A stretch of 63,763 bases of DNA, filler included, from Choristocarpus tenellus KU-1152 (GCA_964200185.2; 10 parts of 10 records of this genome joined end to end with filler, not necessarily neighbours in it), one strand, 5' to 3'. Positions 1 to 14,113 are shown, counted from the whole stretch's first letter. Numbers and translations: made by a program. The notes: generated by a model from the letters alone, not told the origin.

Positions 1-3000
1 ACCGTCACCACTTCCAATTCACCCCCTCCCCCCTCTTTACCCCCACTAGTTCCTCCTTCATTCCTGTCTTGCATGTGCTCCTGCTTATGCTCTCTGCTGG
101 TCCCAACATAAAGGTCTCGGCTTTGCTCACCCCCTTCACACTTTCCTACCACTTTGCCCCCTCCCCCGCCAATGCCACTACCACTGCATACACGACCTTC
201 CCTTCCCATACAAAAGCCTGTATTGACCTTTCTGTCCGTGTCTTTCTTGTTGCCTGTGAGGTCGCCTCTCGTTGTTGCTCCTCCCAAGGTAGTACCCACC
301 AAGTTGCTAGAGTTATCGATGGTAGAGCAGGCGGGTTGAGCAACATTGATGGTGGTGGGTATAGCCTTGGAGATGTTGGAGTTCCGTTGGGAGGAAAGAA
401 GGCTTTGATTTTGACGTTTGTTTGATTCCCTCCAAAGAATGGCATTTCCATCCTATCACACGACAAGTGTATTGGGGGAGGAAGGCAGGCATAGGGGAGG
501 GTGAGTATACACTGCTATTAGAGAGTGCTGGGGCTTCAAGTGTACCTGAATACCTGTCCAAGTGCAAACCTTTCGTACTCCACCGCACTACATGGTACGT
601 AGGATAAAATGTTCATGCAAGGTTCACTTCATTGACCTGATTCAACCTGCAATCATTTTACAAACAACTCATGCAGCAGATCTACCTGATCCAACTTGCA
701 ATCTCTTCACAAACAACTCATGTAGTGGACTTACAAATATGTAAGCACAAAAACCTACCAAAACTCAGCATGAAAACTACTGAGTTAAAATGTGAAGAAG
801 TTACGACTCATGGAAGAAGATACGGCAATACATATCCTCATCTCATCGCTAAAATGCCATACAATCATCTTAGGGCAGAGGGGCAGATTTAGCTTTCTTT
901 CATAAGGGTTGATGCCAGGAACGCCAAACAATACCCCTACACGGTACCAAGGACCAAGGTTAGGGCCAAGGCTAAGTGCAGCAGAGTGTCTCTTGTAAGG
1001 ACTACAGTTGCCATTGAGATTGAAGACATTGAGATAAGAGTATCAAAGTATGCTAATCATGCAGGCTCTGAGTGTGCATCTTCAAACAATCTGGCACATG
1101 TATTCCGACCTAAAACACAGACAGTGATTGGTCAAGGAGCGTACCTCACCCGAGGTGACCACCCCAAGACTGCAGAATGCCACATCCCAGACCCGCGATG
1201 AGTGTCCCCATCCTGTCAGCAGCAGACGCCCTGTGTCCCCTGTCTCCCCACACTTGCCTCCCACTGCCCCCCCTACCTCTGCACCCTTCCCAGAACTAGC
1301 GTGGGCATCAGCACTATCATCACCAGTAAGTCGGGAGTTCCACACCCTGACCGTTCGATCATCTGACACCGACCCCAAACTATGCCCAGTCTTGTCCCAG
1401 GCCACCCTTTGAATGGGAGGGTCAGTTTTAAGGGTCAAGGTGAAAGGTTAGGCCAGGGGTGAAGTAGTAGCATGTGCATCAGCGACGATGATCCTCTCTG
1501 AGACAGACGTGGACAGAGACTCCCAAGAGTGCTTGATGGAGGACTAAAATGAACACATTATCCTGCCCTAACCTTAACCCTATCACTACTCTGGAGTAAT
1601 TGCATCTAATTTCCACATTTATCAACCACTCCCCTACCTCAAAGTATGCCGGAGTACCTCAAATGACCTTCCCTCAATCAAACCTCAGCTCATTCTCTAA
1701 AATCATTATCCGTGGTGGAAAGCTTGCAACCCGTCCCTGCTCTATTAATAGGCTTTTCTTATCTCCTTGCTTGGACCAGACTGTGCTCCATATCTCATCT
1801 CCATCTGCTGCAGAAGTTGGCCCCCTTGTCTTCCACTAGGGTCAACATCACAAGACCAAGTCACAGGCAGAAACCTCAACTTCCAGTCAGTCTATCATGA
1901 TACTGAAACAAGTCATAAAAAATATAGCCCTGTTTTGTATCTGACCACACAGGAACAAAGAATACACGGCACCACCCGCCCTAGAAACCCTGACCAATAT
2001 GAAACATTTCCAAATATATATACAAATCATACATACTTTCTACAGCAAATCAGCAACCTCCCTTCATCTCTCCCCAGGACAGGTTGCATCCCCATCAACA
2101 TGAAATTGTAACTGTTACCTGAAGATAACACCTTCATGCCCCACAAGGCGGAGTTCTGGAGGCACCACGACATCCCTCCCCAGCCCCATACTAGAAGTCG
2201 ACCTTGGTAGTGAAACCGATGGAAGCAGAGAGTTTTTGTCCATAGTCTTAGGGGCCTCTATGCCTCCTCGTCTGTCACCTTTGATAGGCATTGACGAGGC
2301 ATCATCCCCCTCTCCAGTCCCACCTTGTTCTTCTGCCATTACCTTAGCAGGCATTGTTACCCCTGGTTGCAGTGGCAACGAGCCTTTCAACACAGTACAA
2401 AATCCAGTCCCTACTTTCGCTGATGGTCTCCAAACCAATACCTGGAAATTTTGGCCATGAAACCGTTCGGTGGAAACCCCTATTGCTTCATATTGCTGAG
2501 AGTGTGAGTGAGTGAGAGTGAACTAATGTGATAAAGGGTTGGGTCATTGAGAGGCCACGCCAATACTGAGAGTTCTCAACGGAAACAACGGGTACAGGGA
2601 TCAATGTATTAATACACCAATAGGATGGAACGTATGAAGAGTTAAGAATATTGAGTCATCCAATTACATTGCAGCATCTTCCTGAACACTTAAAAAAAAT
2701 CTTGGACTCTTGAAAGGACTTGAGGGAGGCAGGGAGAGTAGAAACGGTGGTGAAAGGGGCACAAGGATGTAGGGTTAGGGTTAGGGTAGCATAGAATGTT
2801 TTCCTTTCTAAGCCCCGCAGGACCTGCTGCTGTTGTTGTCAGTAGTTACAAAGTATGTGGAGCCTGTCACCTTCATGGGGAACAGGTGTTTTGGCAGGGA
2901 CTGGAAAGCCCCACCACCTAGTATATTTGATTTGTTGATTTCTACAGCAATGCTGTATTTACCTTTGCCGACCCCTTGCCTGGCCAGATGAGACATACAC

Positions 3001-5233
3001 CACAAGTTTCCTGGAATCTTTGTGCTGAAATGCAATTTTGGGTCAAGAGCAGGATTGGGTAATCCCTACACCCTAGGTATGTACAGGGTACTATTTTACC
3101 TGATGATTAGTTGTGTTTCTCTCTTACCACTCTTGCCCTTGACCCAAGATAGTGTTTCAATCCAAAGGATTCCAGGAAAATTCATGGCGTATGCCCCATC
3201 TGGCCAGGCAAGGGGTCAGTGAAAGGGAATAGAACATTGCTGTACAAACCAAGAAATAAAGACACACTGCTGAGGTGGTGAAATGTCTGTATCTGCACAG
3301 CTCCCTGGCGAGAGGCAAAACCCTAGAGAGTAGTAGTGGAGCATGGAGCTGTCGAAATATCATATATTCAAAGTACATAATATGACTATAGAGTCATTTT
3401 GTGCAGTGTCATGGGAAAGAGACTTTCCTTGAACCTAAGCACACACCTCGAGTGACTTTTCACATCAAAAAGGCAAACGTGCGATCCTTAAAATGAACCA
3501 GATGGCAGTATCGCAGTGCTCCTCAGTATATCCCGAGGTTAGTAGATAATCTAGCCTGGCAACTTCAGTGCAAGCAGGTTCCGTAATTCTGCCACTGGTG
3601 GGAGATGGGAAGGGTCTAATTAGGAGGGATTTGGGTAGGAGACACATCAACTAAGTGCAATACAATACAAGTTCCCATGCCTGGTTGTACACCGTCCCTG
3701 CAGCAACTCGAAGGTCTCTCAGGGTTCTCCCAAAGAGTCTGGCATGGTACAGGAGGCATGGCTCTGTGCTTCGGGCCCGTAGTACCCTAGAAGGCGGTAC
3801 ATTTCTACAACCCCAGTCCCAAATCTGTACACACACCCCAGCAAAACAAGTGGATGGAAAGAGAAGAAATGACAGTTGGAGAGGCTTAAAAGAACATGCT
3901 GAGCAAGATGCGGAGGTGTGTGATATGGTGTAGTAACACTTAGGGGCTCAGGACACAAGTGCTGCTATTGTCTTTCTTGGGTAGGTCAGTATATTTTAGC
4001 TCAGAGTGGATTGATCGCAACAGGTGTGATACAAGCAATAGGTACTTTGGAAAGGAGGAAATTTGAACGATTCATTTCGACAAGATCTAGGGGTGTGCAG
4101 CATGCTCCCAGAGTTAATGCGTCATTGCTGTATTACAGATCAGTACAATCTTCTTAACTCCTCACAGAAGTACACAATGCTCTTCCCTTCATTTTGCAGG
4201 GGGGAAGGGAAGGATGAGAAGGGAGCTCACTGTACAGCAGTTCAAGTAGAAGGAATAGCAAGAGAGAATTGCAAGCAGCAAAAACTGGCGGGGAATGCAT
4301 CAAGGAATTCGGGGTTGCCTCCACAGTGAGAAATGAAAGGGGTGAATACGAGATGGGTGGAGAGTAAAAACAAAATCCTTTGCATTTCATCCTGGTCTAT
4401 TTCAGTAACGGCAAAGCCCACCTCAACTGAGTGGTGTGCCAATGCTACTGCGACCAGGTGTGCCATCCATGCCCTCTCCCCCCTTGCATTTGAGTCTGCA
4501 GGTTTACAGGAGCAACATTGTGCATCTAGAGCCCCCCCAATCTCCTCGTTGCCCCCGTTACAGATTAGGCGGACATCCCACGCACGATCTTCCAGTTCCG
4601 GTAAGGTTACCAAGTGGGAAAACCATAATGCTGTATTGAAGGTAGCTGGGTTACTCTTGTCCCCAATCTCAGTGTGACATTGCCTTTGTTCCATAAATAT
4701 CGGTCCAAGGGCTCCGTAAAGAACGCAGCCTCTATTGGGTATATTGGTAACAATCTTGACGAGTCTGTGGCCAAAAATGGCACCCACTGGAAGTGGTAAG
4801 ACGAGATACGAGGGGAATGGTAGCAGAGTGGGTGCCAAATAGGATGTGTATCAACAGAAAGACGGGCTCTCGACGCAGCCCAACCATCGCTACCCCATCG
4901 CGTCGAGATTTCTTCAGGTCATTTCTCACGCCTAGTCCAGGAGAGTGTTCGTTTCTTGGTCAACACGGGGAGTACCCACCCTTTGCATGCCTAGATTGCT
5001 ACAGTGGCAAAGAAATTAAGCTTACCCTTTCCGTCTCCAATGTCCAGATCTCCGATTGTCACGCCATCAAATATCCTTTTGGACAAGCGAAGCAATCCGG
5101 ATTTGACCTCGTATACATACAGGAACGAGCCGCTTGAAGCAAACAGGAACGCACCGTCAGCTGAAAAGGTGAGACTTGATACAGGACCAACAAGAGGTCC
5201 CGTTGAGACGTCGACCCCTTCAGCGCAATTCAT
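1..5233 (-). CDS. WDR6: WD-repeat protein 6 (Trm734-like, tRNA 2'-O-methylation cofactor), 5' part
   Basis: Phase-consistent exons 5233-5026, 4786-4422, 3824-3681, 2441-2119, 1406-1145 and 452-<1. They give WDR6-type motifs GAIFGHR, AWDVRL, VAVALAHHSVE|IWDW, AAGTVYNQ|VLVW, LVGHEGVIFRVAW, SVSDDRTVRVW, WGHSSRVWD and VTSGE|DGNAILW. The last exon is open to the window start. Confidence 0.85.
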
Positions 5234-5534
5234 TGACGCAACAGAAGAAGAAATTTTTCTCAAGGAATTATAGATGGGTGCGAAGATGGCCTTATACTTG
5301 AAAGGGATGGGGGTGAAGGTATGGACGTGAAAGCTTGCTTGCAACAACTTCAAATTTACTGTTTTCATTGATGTTTGGTGGTAGGGATGGTTCAACTTTA
5401 GGGTTAGGGATATGATATTTCTAATATTGTTGTGGGGTGGTAATCGCACCATCCCCTATTACGCGGTGTTTCCAATACTATCATTGTTGTGAACTTGTTT
5501 GCATTCGATCTAGGAGAGGTCAAACGGTTTGAAC

Positions 5535-8220
5535 ATGGGCGATTCTCCAACTGGTGGTGGTGAGCCCGGTAGTGACTTGAGTCTCTCGAAATCCAAGAAG
5601 CGTAAGGGTAAGGAAATTGACGAAGTCACCTCGACCTATTCACTTACTGGCAACATGCCCCAGGAAGACCCTTCCCCTTACCTTGATCCTGAGGCGATGT
5701 CTCACGGAGAAAAGAAACGTAAGTTTAAGAGGAATAAGAAGCCGAGGGCTGCTAATCATGGGGAAGAAGCGTCCAAGGTTGGAGACAGCGAAGGTGTGTG
5801 GACCTACCCCACAGTCAATGGAACCACCGTGATCGATGAGACTGTGGAGTCCAACCCTGGGAAAGCTAATGAAGACAATGAGCCCGCTTTCAGAAAAAGG
5901 AAAAAGGATAAAGGAAACAATAAGGGGAAGGATGCTGAAAATTCCAGGGAAAATGCTTCGCCGACAGTCGATAGTACCAGCGGAGAGCAAAGAGTGGGCA
6001 TTGACTCGAAGGGCGAGAGGCGACGACTGGGGAAGACACACGGCAAGGCACGAAAATCCTACGCTGGCGTCGGAGCTTGTGGCGAGGGTAGCCAAATGAG
6101 GGGGTCACCCATGCCGACTTCGACCAGAGACCAAGTTGATGGTGCTTTATGTAAGGGACGGCTGTACACCCTTTCCATTGCTGTGCCTGGGTCTGTGGTG
6201 GACAATGCCCAAAATCGGGAGCTGAAAACGTATTTGGTAAGTTGTTTTGTATCGTACGTGCTTATACGTGCAATCTCCAATCTGTGCTGGTGTTGCAATT
6301 GTATGCTTTTAGGGGGTGCTGGAGAGCTGGACAGTAGCTTCGCATATTATGTACTAGTTCCTCATGCCCGTGGCGTTGTAGCCACTTGGATTCTACTATG
6401 TGGACAGCATTGATCAGGATGCGGGGCTGAAGATACAATTTGACTACTTGACCTTTGCCTTTGCGTGATTGCTGATGTGATGTTTGCCCACCTCTATCCC
6501 TAGAGGTCTAAGCACTATGCTGCTGTATACACAGTGATTCATGTAAATCGTCTCTTCCGTGCGCTATCGCCTTGGGAAAAGAGTTGCCCTCCCTAGGTCT
6601 CCCCTTCACTGGTACACTTGAATATTTTTCCTGCACCTACCTCATCCAGCAATTTCAACTACCGCAAGAAAACCTCTTGTTTTATGCTAGAGCTCTACTT
6701 CTACACCAGAGTTCATAGTAGCTTTGCCACTCACTCTCTACTTCTACTGTACGTGAGGTATATGTGTAAATACAGCATGTTTGTATTTCTTGCCCCACAA
6801 TTTCAACGCAATTCATGGTATCAGCTCCCTTCTTTCAATCCCTCCTACCTCCCCTCTCCTCCCCTTCCCTCCCTCTATCTATTCCATCTGCTTGCACTTT
6901 GGGGCATCCTGATCAGGTGCCCTACTTTGCTCCCGCTCAACTCTCAACTGCCCTGCATTGTTACCCTTGAGCAATATTCCACCCTCTCACCAGTACCCTT
7001 CAATTGAACTCTTTCAAATTTGCCTTGGGTATTTGCTACGGATGTGCTGTTGGTCATTGGCCTTAGGTTGGTGAGATAGCACGCGCTGCTGGCATATTTG
7101 AAGTGGATGAGATTGTGGTATATGATGATCTATCCACCTCTAGGAAGTCTGGAGGAGGTGTCAGAGATGACTCCTCTAGCAGCTCGGTGGGGGAGGGTAA
7201 TGATCCGAATGTGTTCATGGCCCGAATCCTGCAGGTACTGTACTCACCTGTTAAAATCAAGATTGATGATTTGTTGCAGGGTAGGGGAGTGTGTGTGGTG
7301 GGATGGATCTATTTTCTGTTGTGGTGTACCCAGCCCCAAACCCAAGACGTAAAATTGGGTGCAGGATTTTATTCTTATTTTTTTAGGTGTTATCTAGAGT
7401 TATGTTGACCTGGATTGTTAAAGAGCTGATAAGGCAATAGTCAGGGTAGGGCTGTGGAAATATTATTATTGTTATTATCATTATTGTTGTTATTATTATT
7501 ATCATTATTATTATTATTAATTTTATTATTATTGTTATTGTTATTGTTATTATCATTATTCATATTGGCATGGATGCTTGATGGAGTTGAGGCAGGTTGT
7601 TAGTTACTGGGTTGCCTCCGTCAAAGGTATACTGCTCTTGAAAATGGCTATCCATTGGAAATTGCGTACTTGTACGGAAGAGAACGCTTTAAAGTGGAAT
7701 CCATGTAGAATAGGATACATGCATATTTATGTATGGTGTAGTTGAAGTGTATGGCACATGTGGTGGTTATTCATGTCCAAAGTTTGGTAATCCCTGAACC
7801 CTCTCCAAGCTAACACGTTGCTCAGAAATTGACGCAAAACTATATTGTTAAGGGCCTGACAAGCCTCACCATGCTTCCCCTTGGTTGAAGAACTGATTTG
7901 CACTTCTCTACAGGTAAAAAGGATAATTACAATGTGTTTGGGTGGTCGCACATCATACTGAAACAAAACTTTCCTGCATTTTATCTAAAAGTATTTCTTC
8001 ATGCGACCTCCATTTTATCCAGTATGTGGAAACTCCTCAGTACCTCCGCAGGAAGCTCTTCCCCATGCACCCCAGCCTCCGATTTGCTGGACTTCTCAAC
8101 CCCTTGGACGCACCCCACCATGTTCGGGCGGATGAGCGTTCGCCCTTCAGGGAGGGGGTGGTGGTAGACAAGCCGGTAAAGGAGATGGCGGGGTCCTTCG
8201 TGGAGGTTGGCATGCGAAAG
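5535..8220 (+). CDS. SPOUT1: SPOUT-family RNA methyltransferase (C9orf114/SPOUT1-like), 5' part
   Basis: Exons 5535-6236, 7067-7234 and 8023-8220, all phase 0. Motifs TLSIAVPGSVVDNAQNRELKTYL|VGEIARAAGIFEVDEIVVYDD and ARILQ|YVETPQYLRRKLFPMHPSLRFAGLLNPLDAPHH...FREGVV follow a Lys-rich N-terminal extension. Truncated by the contig end. Confidence 0.92.
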
Positions 8221-8620
8221 GTACATCCAGATACATACATTGTGTTTGGATATGCATGCTATTGCCTTGTTTGTCTGAAAGCAGTCACTTTTCTTGCTAT
8301 TTTTGTGCTACGACCTTTGTGAAACACACAAACTGGAGATTTCTGTAGGAATAATGGACTGAGAAGTAACCCTAACCCTAATTGAGAGTTGAACTATTAG
8401 AGGACTAGTGATCTTTGTCACCTTTTTTAGCAGTGTGGTGTGAATGCATCTTTTAGGTTAAAACCTGAATCAGGATTGGACTTGCAGCGAGTATTGAGAG
8501 TAGGGGTGAGAGATTGTTATCCTTGTCGCCTTCCTAATGTGACTGATATTATCACCCCGTGCATGCATGTGTGTGTATGTGTACTTATGATACTATGCTT
8601 TTCTTTCGCGGGGGCTTGGG

Positions 8621-8720
8621 NNNNNNNNNNNNNNNNNNNNNNNNNNNNNNNNNNNNNNNNNNNNTTAATTAATTAANNNNNNNNNNNNNNNNNNNNNNNN
8701 NNNNNNNNNNNNNNNNNNNN
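8621..8720. other. Artificial contig-joining linker (N44-TTAATTAATTAA-N44)
   Basis: The identical 100-nt block, with stops in all six frames, also occurs at 14877-14976, 20048-20147, 34632-34731, 41351-41450, 46070-46169, 49056-49155, 53921-54020 and 61158-61257. Confidence 0.97.
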
Positions 8721-9291
8721 TCTTCCCCAACACACACAACCCCAACTACTAAATCACCCCAAAAAAAAAAAAAAAAAAAAAAAAAACTTAAAAACCCCCC
8801 CCCCCCCCCCCCCAAATAATTAAAAAAGCAAAATATATAAAGCATTCAACTAACACCTACACCTGACACACACACAATCTCCCCAAAAACCCCAACTGGG
8901 TTCCAAGCAAAACCATACGTTGATCACGTTAGGCGAGGTCCACTCTCCAACCATGTCACATATGACCACACGACCAGAGGACAAGACCCGCCTACTCTAA
9001 AAAAGCTTCCGTCCGTACCTTTTCTTGCGTCGAAAAAATAAATAAACAGAACCCCATAAGAAAAAAAATAAACTTTTTCAAGTGCTTCCACCCCCCGAGG
9101 AAAGCTACTTAGGGTTAGGGTTAGGGTTAACCTGCCGTGCAATACATTTCCTGCTGTAGTTAATAACGCCATACTCATAACACAAGAAACCTATCTGACC
9201 TGGTCCGTATGGATTTACACCCTCCTATAAATATACTTACATACTTACATTGGGTCTCCATCAGGGCACTTCGAAACTTCAACGCATACTA

Positions 9292-9414
9292 ACATGATAC
9301 AAACAGTTAAAATCCTGTACTAAAAGTTAATACTGAAAGCGGCCGCCACCGTACATGAAGAAGTACTTGGTACATGATACAAACAGTTAAAATCCTGTAC
9401 TAAAAGTTAATACT
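9292..9414. repeat. 43-bp direct duplication
   Basis: ACATGATACAAACAGTTAAAATCCTGTACTAAAAGTTAATACT at 9292-9334 and 9372-9414. Confidence 0.9.
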
Positions 9415-9440
9415 TGGTACTCATCAAATTAAGTTCTCAC

Positions 9441-11413
9441 CGAACTTGGGTGGGCTTTGTTTGCATGGCATGCAGTAACCCCTTCGCCTGGTCCAACTCC
9501 CCTGCTTGTGCCAGCCCTCTCAAGGCTGCATTGTAGCAGTACACTGAGGGAGCCAATCCACCCGACACCTGCATCTCCTGTACACCATCAACACACCCAC
9601 ATTACATGTGTGTAGACCATCATCGAACCGGAGAAGGAGGGGGGGGGGGGGAGTGGAGTTATGGTTAGGGATTACTGGCCTATATTCCATTACTAATTGT
9701 ACTAATGTTGTTATCGTTATTATTTACAGATTTACTAATATTTTTATTCCACTATCATTATCACCATCATTACTGTAAAATAGTAATTATCATTACGGAC
9801 ACAAACTGAGAATCGTGTGGTCTGGCTGTATGACATGGCGTCCTAGATCTATCCTGGAGTAACCATCGGATTTCCATGTATCAGGCTGGCGTGCCATCGA
9901 TAGTTCTCAAGTAGTACACGGGGCAAGGCAGGGAAGGACAGGACACACAATGCCTCAAAAAAAGATCACGATATCACTGTATCAAATACCTTCAAAAATA
10001 ATAAAAATAAAAACAAAATAAATTATAAATTAAAATATACCACCTCCCATAGTTGAAAAAAAAAAATCTGAGCCAGGAGAAAATTGGAGCACATAAAAAC
10101 AACTCAAAATATTTATTTATTTATTACATTTTTTGGGTGTACGTGGGAGATTCAGAGAGCACACACCCCTCCAACGACAATGCCCTCCCCCCCTCAAAAA
10201 ACCAAAAAAAAGTTGCGTAACCTTAACCCTAAATTACTGGGCAAATGGCGATGTAGTGCGTCACTACTATAGTAATAACAATGACAATAAAAATATATTA
10301 GTAAGTCTCTCTACACACGCAACACCTCTATAAACCTCTATAAACATTAACAAGACGTAATTTTTATCATACAAAGAAATCAATAAGGATTAGGGCCACA
10401 GGCTATTTAAAAAAACACACACACCACACAGCAACATGATGAACCAGATCAATCACCTGACAAATAACTTCACAACACATTGGGAGGTTCAATCTTAGGT
10501 GCTATAAAAAACCTCAAGGCTGCAGCCTCACTCAGTACTACTGTTCTTACCACACCAATTCCAATCACCAATCACCAATCACCAATCACCATAGTGGTAT
10601 GATATTCCCGATGCACTTAATTATTCCAATAATTAATCCAAATATGATTACTGTGAGATCTGTCTGTTGAATGTGGACTGTTGGAGGGGGAGTGTTTCTG
10701 ACGTGTACTAGAGAACTGTCGAGTCATTTGGTGTTCTGAGTCATTCAATGTAAGGACTGGTGAGCCCCACCTAGTGAAGGTATCTCACTCTCTTCTCAAC
10801 CATGATGCAAGCTAATGAACAATAATACAATAATATAACTAACTGGTTGTCTGGGACAACAGATCGTTAAGGACAGCTTAACATTCACAAAAGAAAGCAA
10901 CAGATCCCATAATGCAGTAAATTGATTGGATAACCAGCAAAATTCTCGTCCCTTGTGTCCTAATGGTTATCATACTCCTTTGCATAGTCTGTATATCATG
11001 CATTGCCGTTCTATTATATATATTCTATGAAACAGCACCTTCTCGGCACTGCTTGGGATCAAACTTCAACTTTCATCTTACCATAAGATTCTTCAATATC
11101 TCCCCTCACAGAGAAGATCCTTTCGAAGCGTGCCTTCTCTTTCCTCTCTTTCATACATATATTTTCATTACAATTACATTACAATTTCATCACATTTTTA
11201 TTACACTTAAATTACAATTTCATGCAGTTGATGGTATGTAGTCCATACCTTCTACCATTGGCATCTTTCACAGAGGTACTCAGTTGGTCATACCATTCTA
11301 CTGACTCCATTGATTCTATATTATAGATCATACACATTATTTATTATATTTTCACTTCTCTGTTCAGCACACATTACTACTTCACCACAAAGAGACATTA
11401 ATTAAAATGTATG

Positions 11414-11454
<41 letters not shown>

Positions 11455-14113
11455 CAAGAATATTCCGAGAATCATAGTCTGTACTAGTGTACTACTAGTG
11501 TACTACTAGTGTACTACTAGTGTACATTACCTCCAACAGCCCTAGAGCCATTCGCCAGTTACCAGCCCTTGAGCAAGCTGCAATAGCTGATCCATATATA
11601 TAGGCATTAGGGCATACACCAACAAAGCTATTGCCCTTCAACCTTGAGGAAACAGCTCCAGACCTCCCAACGGTGTCCTGGCTCTTACCCACAAGCTTTA
11701 TCTCTTCAAGGAGACCCAATGCATGCTTCCACTGGTGGCCATTGGCTAGGGCGGCCATGGTGGCTCCGTGTGCTACGAGACCTGGACCAATCCCCAGACC
11801 TCGCATCTCCTGATTATCTCAAGGGTTGGGGTTGGGGTTGGGGTTAGGGTTGGCAAAGAGGGCTGGCTGGCTGTGATGTACATAAATATAAATATTTGTA
11901 TTGGCAGCGATAAATGTTGGGTCAGTGTTAGGGTTAGGGTTGATGTTGTGATAATGTTGGGTCAGTGTTAGGGTTAGGGTTGATATTGTGATAATGTTGG
12001 GTCAGTGTTAGGGTTAGGGTTGATATTGTGATAAATGTTGGGTCAGTGTTAGGGTTAGGGTTGGTGTTGTGATAAATGTTGGGTCAGTAATAGGGTCAGG
12101 GTTGATGTTGTGATAAATGTTGCATCAGTGTTAAGTTTCAGGTTGATGTTGTGATAAATGTTGGGTCAGGGTTAGGGTTAGGGTTGATAGTGATAACGAT
12201 GGATCAGTGTTAGGGATGTTAGTAACAGAAACGCCTTCTTGAATTGTTAGAAATAATTATTATATTATTATGTTATCTGTTGCATCCATTGGGTGGCGGC
12301 TAGGGTCAGGGTTTCATAGGAAAAAAAAAGGATGTGGCGTGGTGGAATGGAATACATTCACAATAGAATGCATCCACAATAGAATGCATCCACAATGGAA
12401 TACATTCACAATAGAATACATCCACAATGGAATACAATCACCCATCGATTTGAAGTTCTAATATGTTTATTAACCAATAATAAAATAAACAAAGTTTTCC
12501 GTTTCAAACCTAATCCCAATATACTGCTCAGAATAAAAGTAGAGCACTCTCACTAAAAAATATAAATCTTGATGAGATCTGCAATGCAGGTAGTGAAGCG
12601 ACTCTTTGAGAAGGTAACCCTCCTCTCAACAAACCCCCTGTCCCTTTTTCATTCCAGTTTCACTCCTCTCAATAAATAAAACGGATGTGTCTCTCAAACA
12701 GACAATGAGGACAACATTAACAACATTAAAAAATAAATGAGAAAAATATTAAACAATAAGCTGTAAGATTGTTGAGGTCGAAGAAAAAGGCATCTTACTT
12801 GGAGATAGGGTTAGGGTTAGGGGCAAAGAGTATCTTACTTGGAGATAGGGTTAGGGTTAGGGGTAAAGAGTATCTTACTTGGAGATAGGGTTAGGGTTAG
12901 GGGTAAAGAGTATCTTACTTGGAGATAGGGTTAGGGTTAGGGGTATCCAAAATGCACACATGTACCGCATTGTCTCGATTGACTTGTCTTTATTTCAATA
13001 ACTCAATAAATCACCATATACAACCAAGTAGAATGCATTGTGAGCTCTCTGTATGGAAGTTTTGTTATAATTATGTGTGAGTCAGACTACTCCACATCAA
13101 AAGAAAAAACATAAATAAACGAATACTATTATATGACTACACTATTATCAATAATAATAATAATAATAATAATAATAAACGGTTATCACAACACAAAATT
13201 GAAATAAAAATAAACTACTAAAATAATTAAAGTTATCTTGGTATTCAAATCACACACAGTTTTAAACAATTGTTTCAATTAAAAATATATATTACACCAA
13301 AATACAGTATTATCACTCAAGAGGTATTTTAGCACTACTTCAATACCTACACCCCACTATTCTACATTTTTAAAATTAAAAACTTTTGCGACTAGAGCTG
13401 GTATACAAATATAACAATAAATAACCATTCTCAAATCAAAAGTTTCAAGAGAAGACACAATACAATACAACAGACCATCAAATGAATAAAGCAACACAAA
13501 AATTATATTATCTTATTCTTGCCAGCAATAACAATATTATCAACAGGTATTTGATTTAGTTGAGGGTGTGGTATGCTGAGACAAGACCGGTGATGGTATA
13601 TATATATAACAATCCCTTGTACCGTTTGATGGTAAAAGCCCAGTGTCATACCAAGTGCCCAATTTCAATTCAACGAAAAAAAAGAGACTCCTCCATTGGT
13701 CAGAGTGACCTGCTAGCCTGTATGACTACGTTTTGAAAACATCAACCAAAAATTATAATAATAATAATAGTAGTAGTAGTAGTAGTAGTGAGAGGTGTAA
13801 AAAAAAAAGACACTCCTTCAAGAAAAAAGGGTTAAAACCTTTCAAGCCCACGTAGTACCAGACGACGAAAGACCTCACTTACACGAGTGACAAAAATAAA
13901 TAAAAAAATAAAAAAAATAAAAGTAAATAAAATAAACTAACCCTAACGCTAACCTTAACCCCACATCTCCCCCCTCCCACCTGCAGCAAACTCAAGGCCT
14001 CCTCCCAGCGCCCAACACCTGCACAGGCGTGAATTGCAGAGGCGTACGTGTAACCGTCTGGCCTTAGACCAACCAGCCACGTGTCTGCCAACAGACCAGC
14101 TGCTGTCTCCCAC
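9441..14113 (-). CDS. Pentatricopeptide-repeat (PPR) protein, internal exons
   Basis: Exons 14113-13981, 11809-11531 and 9577-9441 with AG/GT borders. PPR motifs: GLRPDGYTYASAIHACAGVGRWEEALSLLQ|EM, PNAYIYGSAIAACSRAGNWRMALGLLE|EM and PSVYCYNAALRGLAQAGELDQAKGLL. The last exon may instead end at a TGA at about 9437. Confidence 0.88.
11482..11525. repeat. 11-bp tandem repeat (TACTAGTGTAC x4)
   Basis: Directly visible, just inside the intron next to a PPR donor site. Confidence 0.9.
11914..12213. repeat. ~36-37-bp minisatellite containing TTAGGG
   Basis: Unit approximately ATGTTGGGTCAGTGTTAGGGTTAGGGTTGATATTGTGATA(A), about 8 copies, degenerating at the 3' end. Confidence 0.9.
12344..12435. repeat. 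16-bp degenerate tandem repeat
   Basis: AAT(A/G)GAAT(A/G)CAT(T/C)CAC units, about 5-6 copies. Confidence 0.8.
12792..12944. repeat. 40-bp minisatellite containing TTAGGG
   Basis: TATCTTACTTGGAGATAGGGTTAGGGTTAGGGGTAAAGAG, about 3.8 near-perfect copies. Confidence 0.93.

Noticed and set aside
8621-8720. Recurrent TTAATTAATTAA palindrome and ORFs ending in XXX-LIN
   Set aside because: Synthetic six-frame stop spacer between contigs.
11914-12944. True telomere or chromosome end
   Set aside because: The repeats are short, interrupted and lie between exons of a PPR gene.
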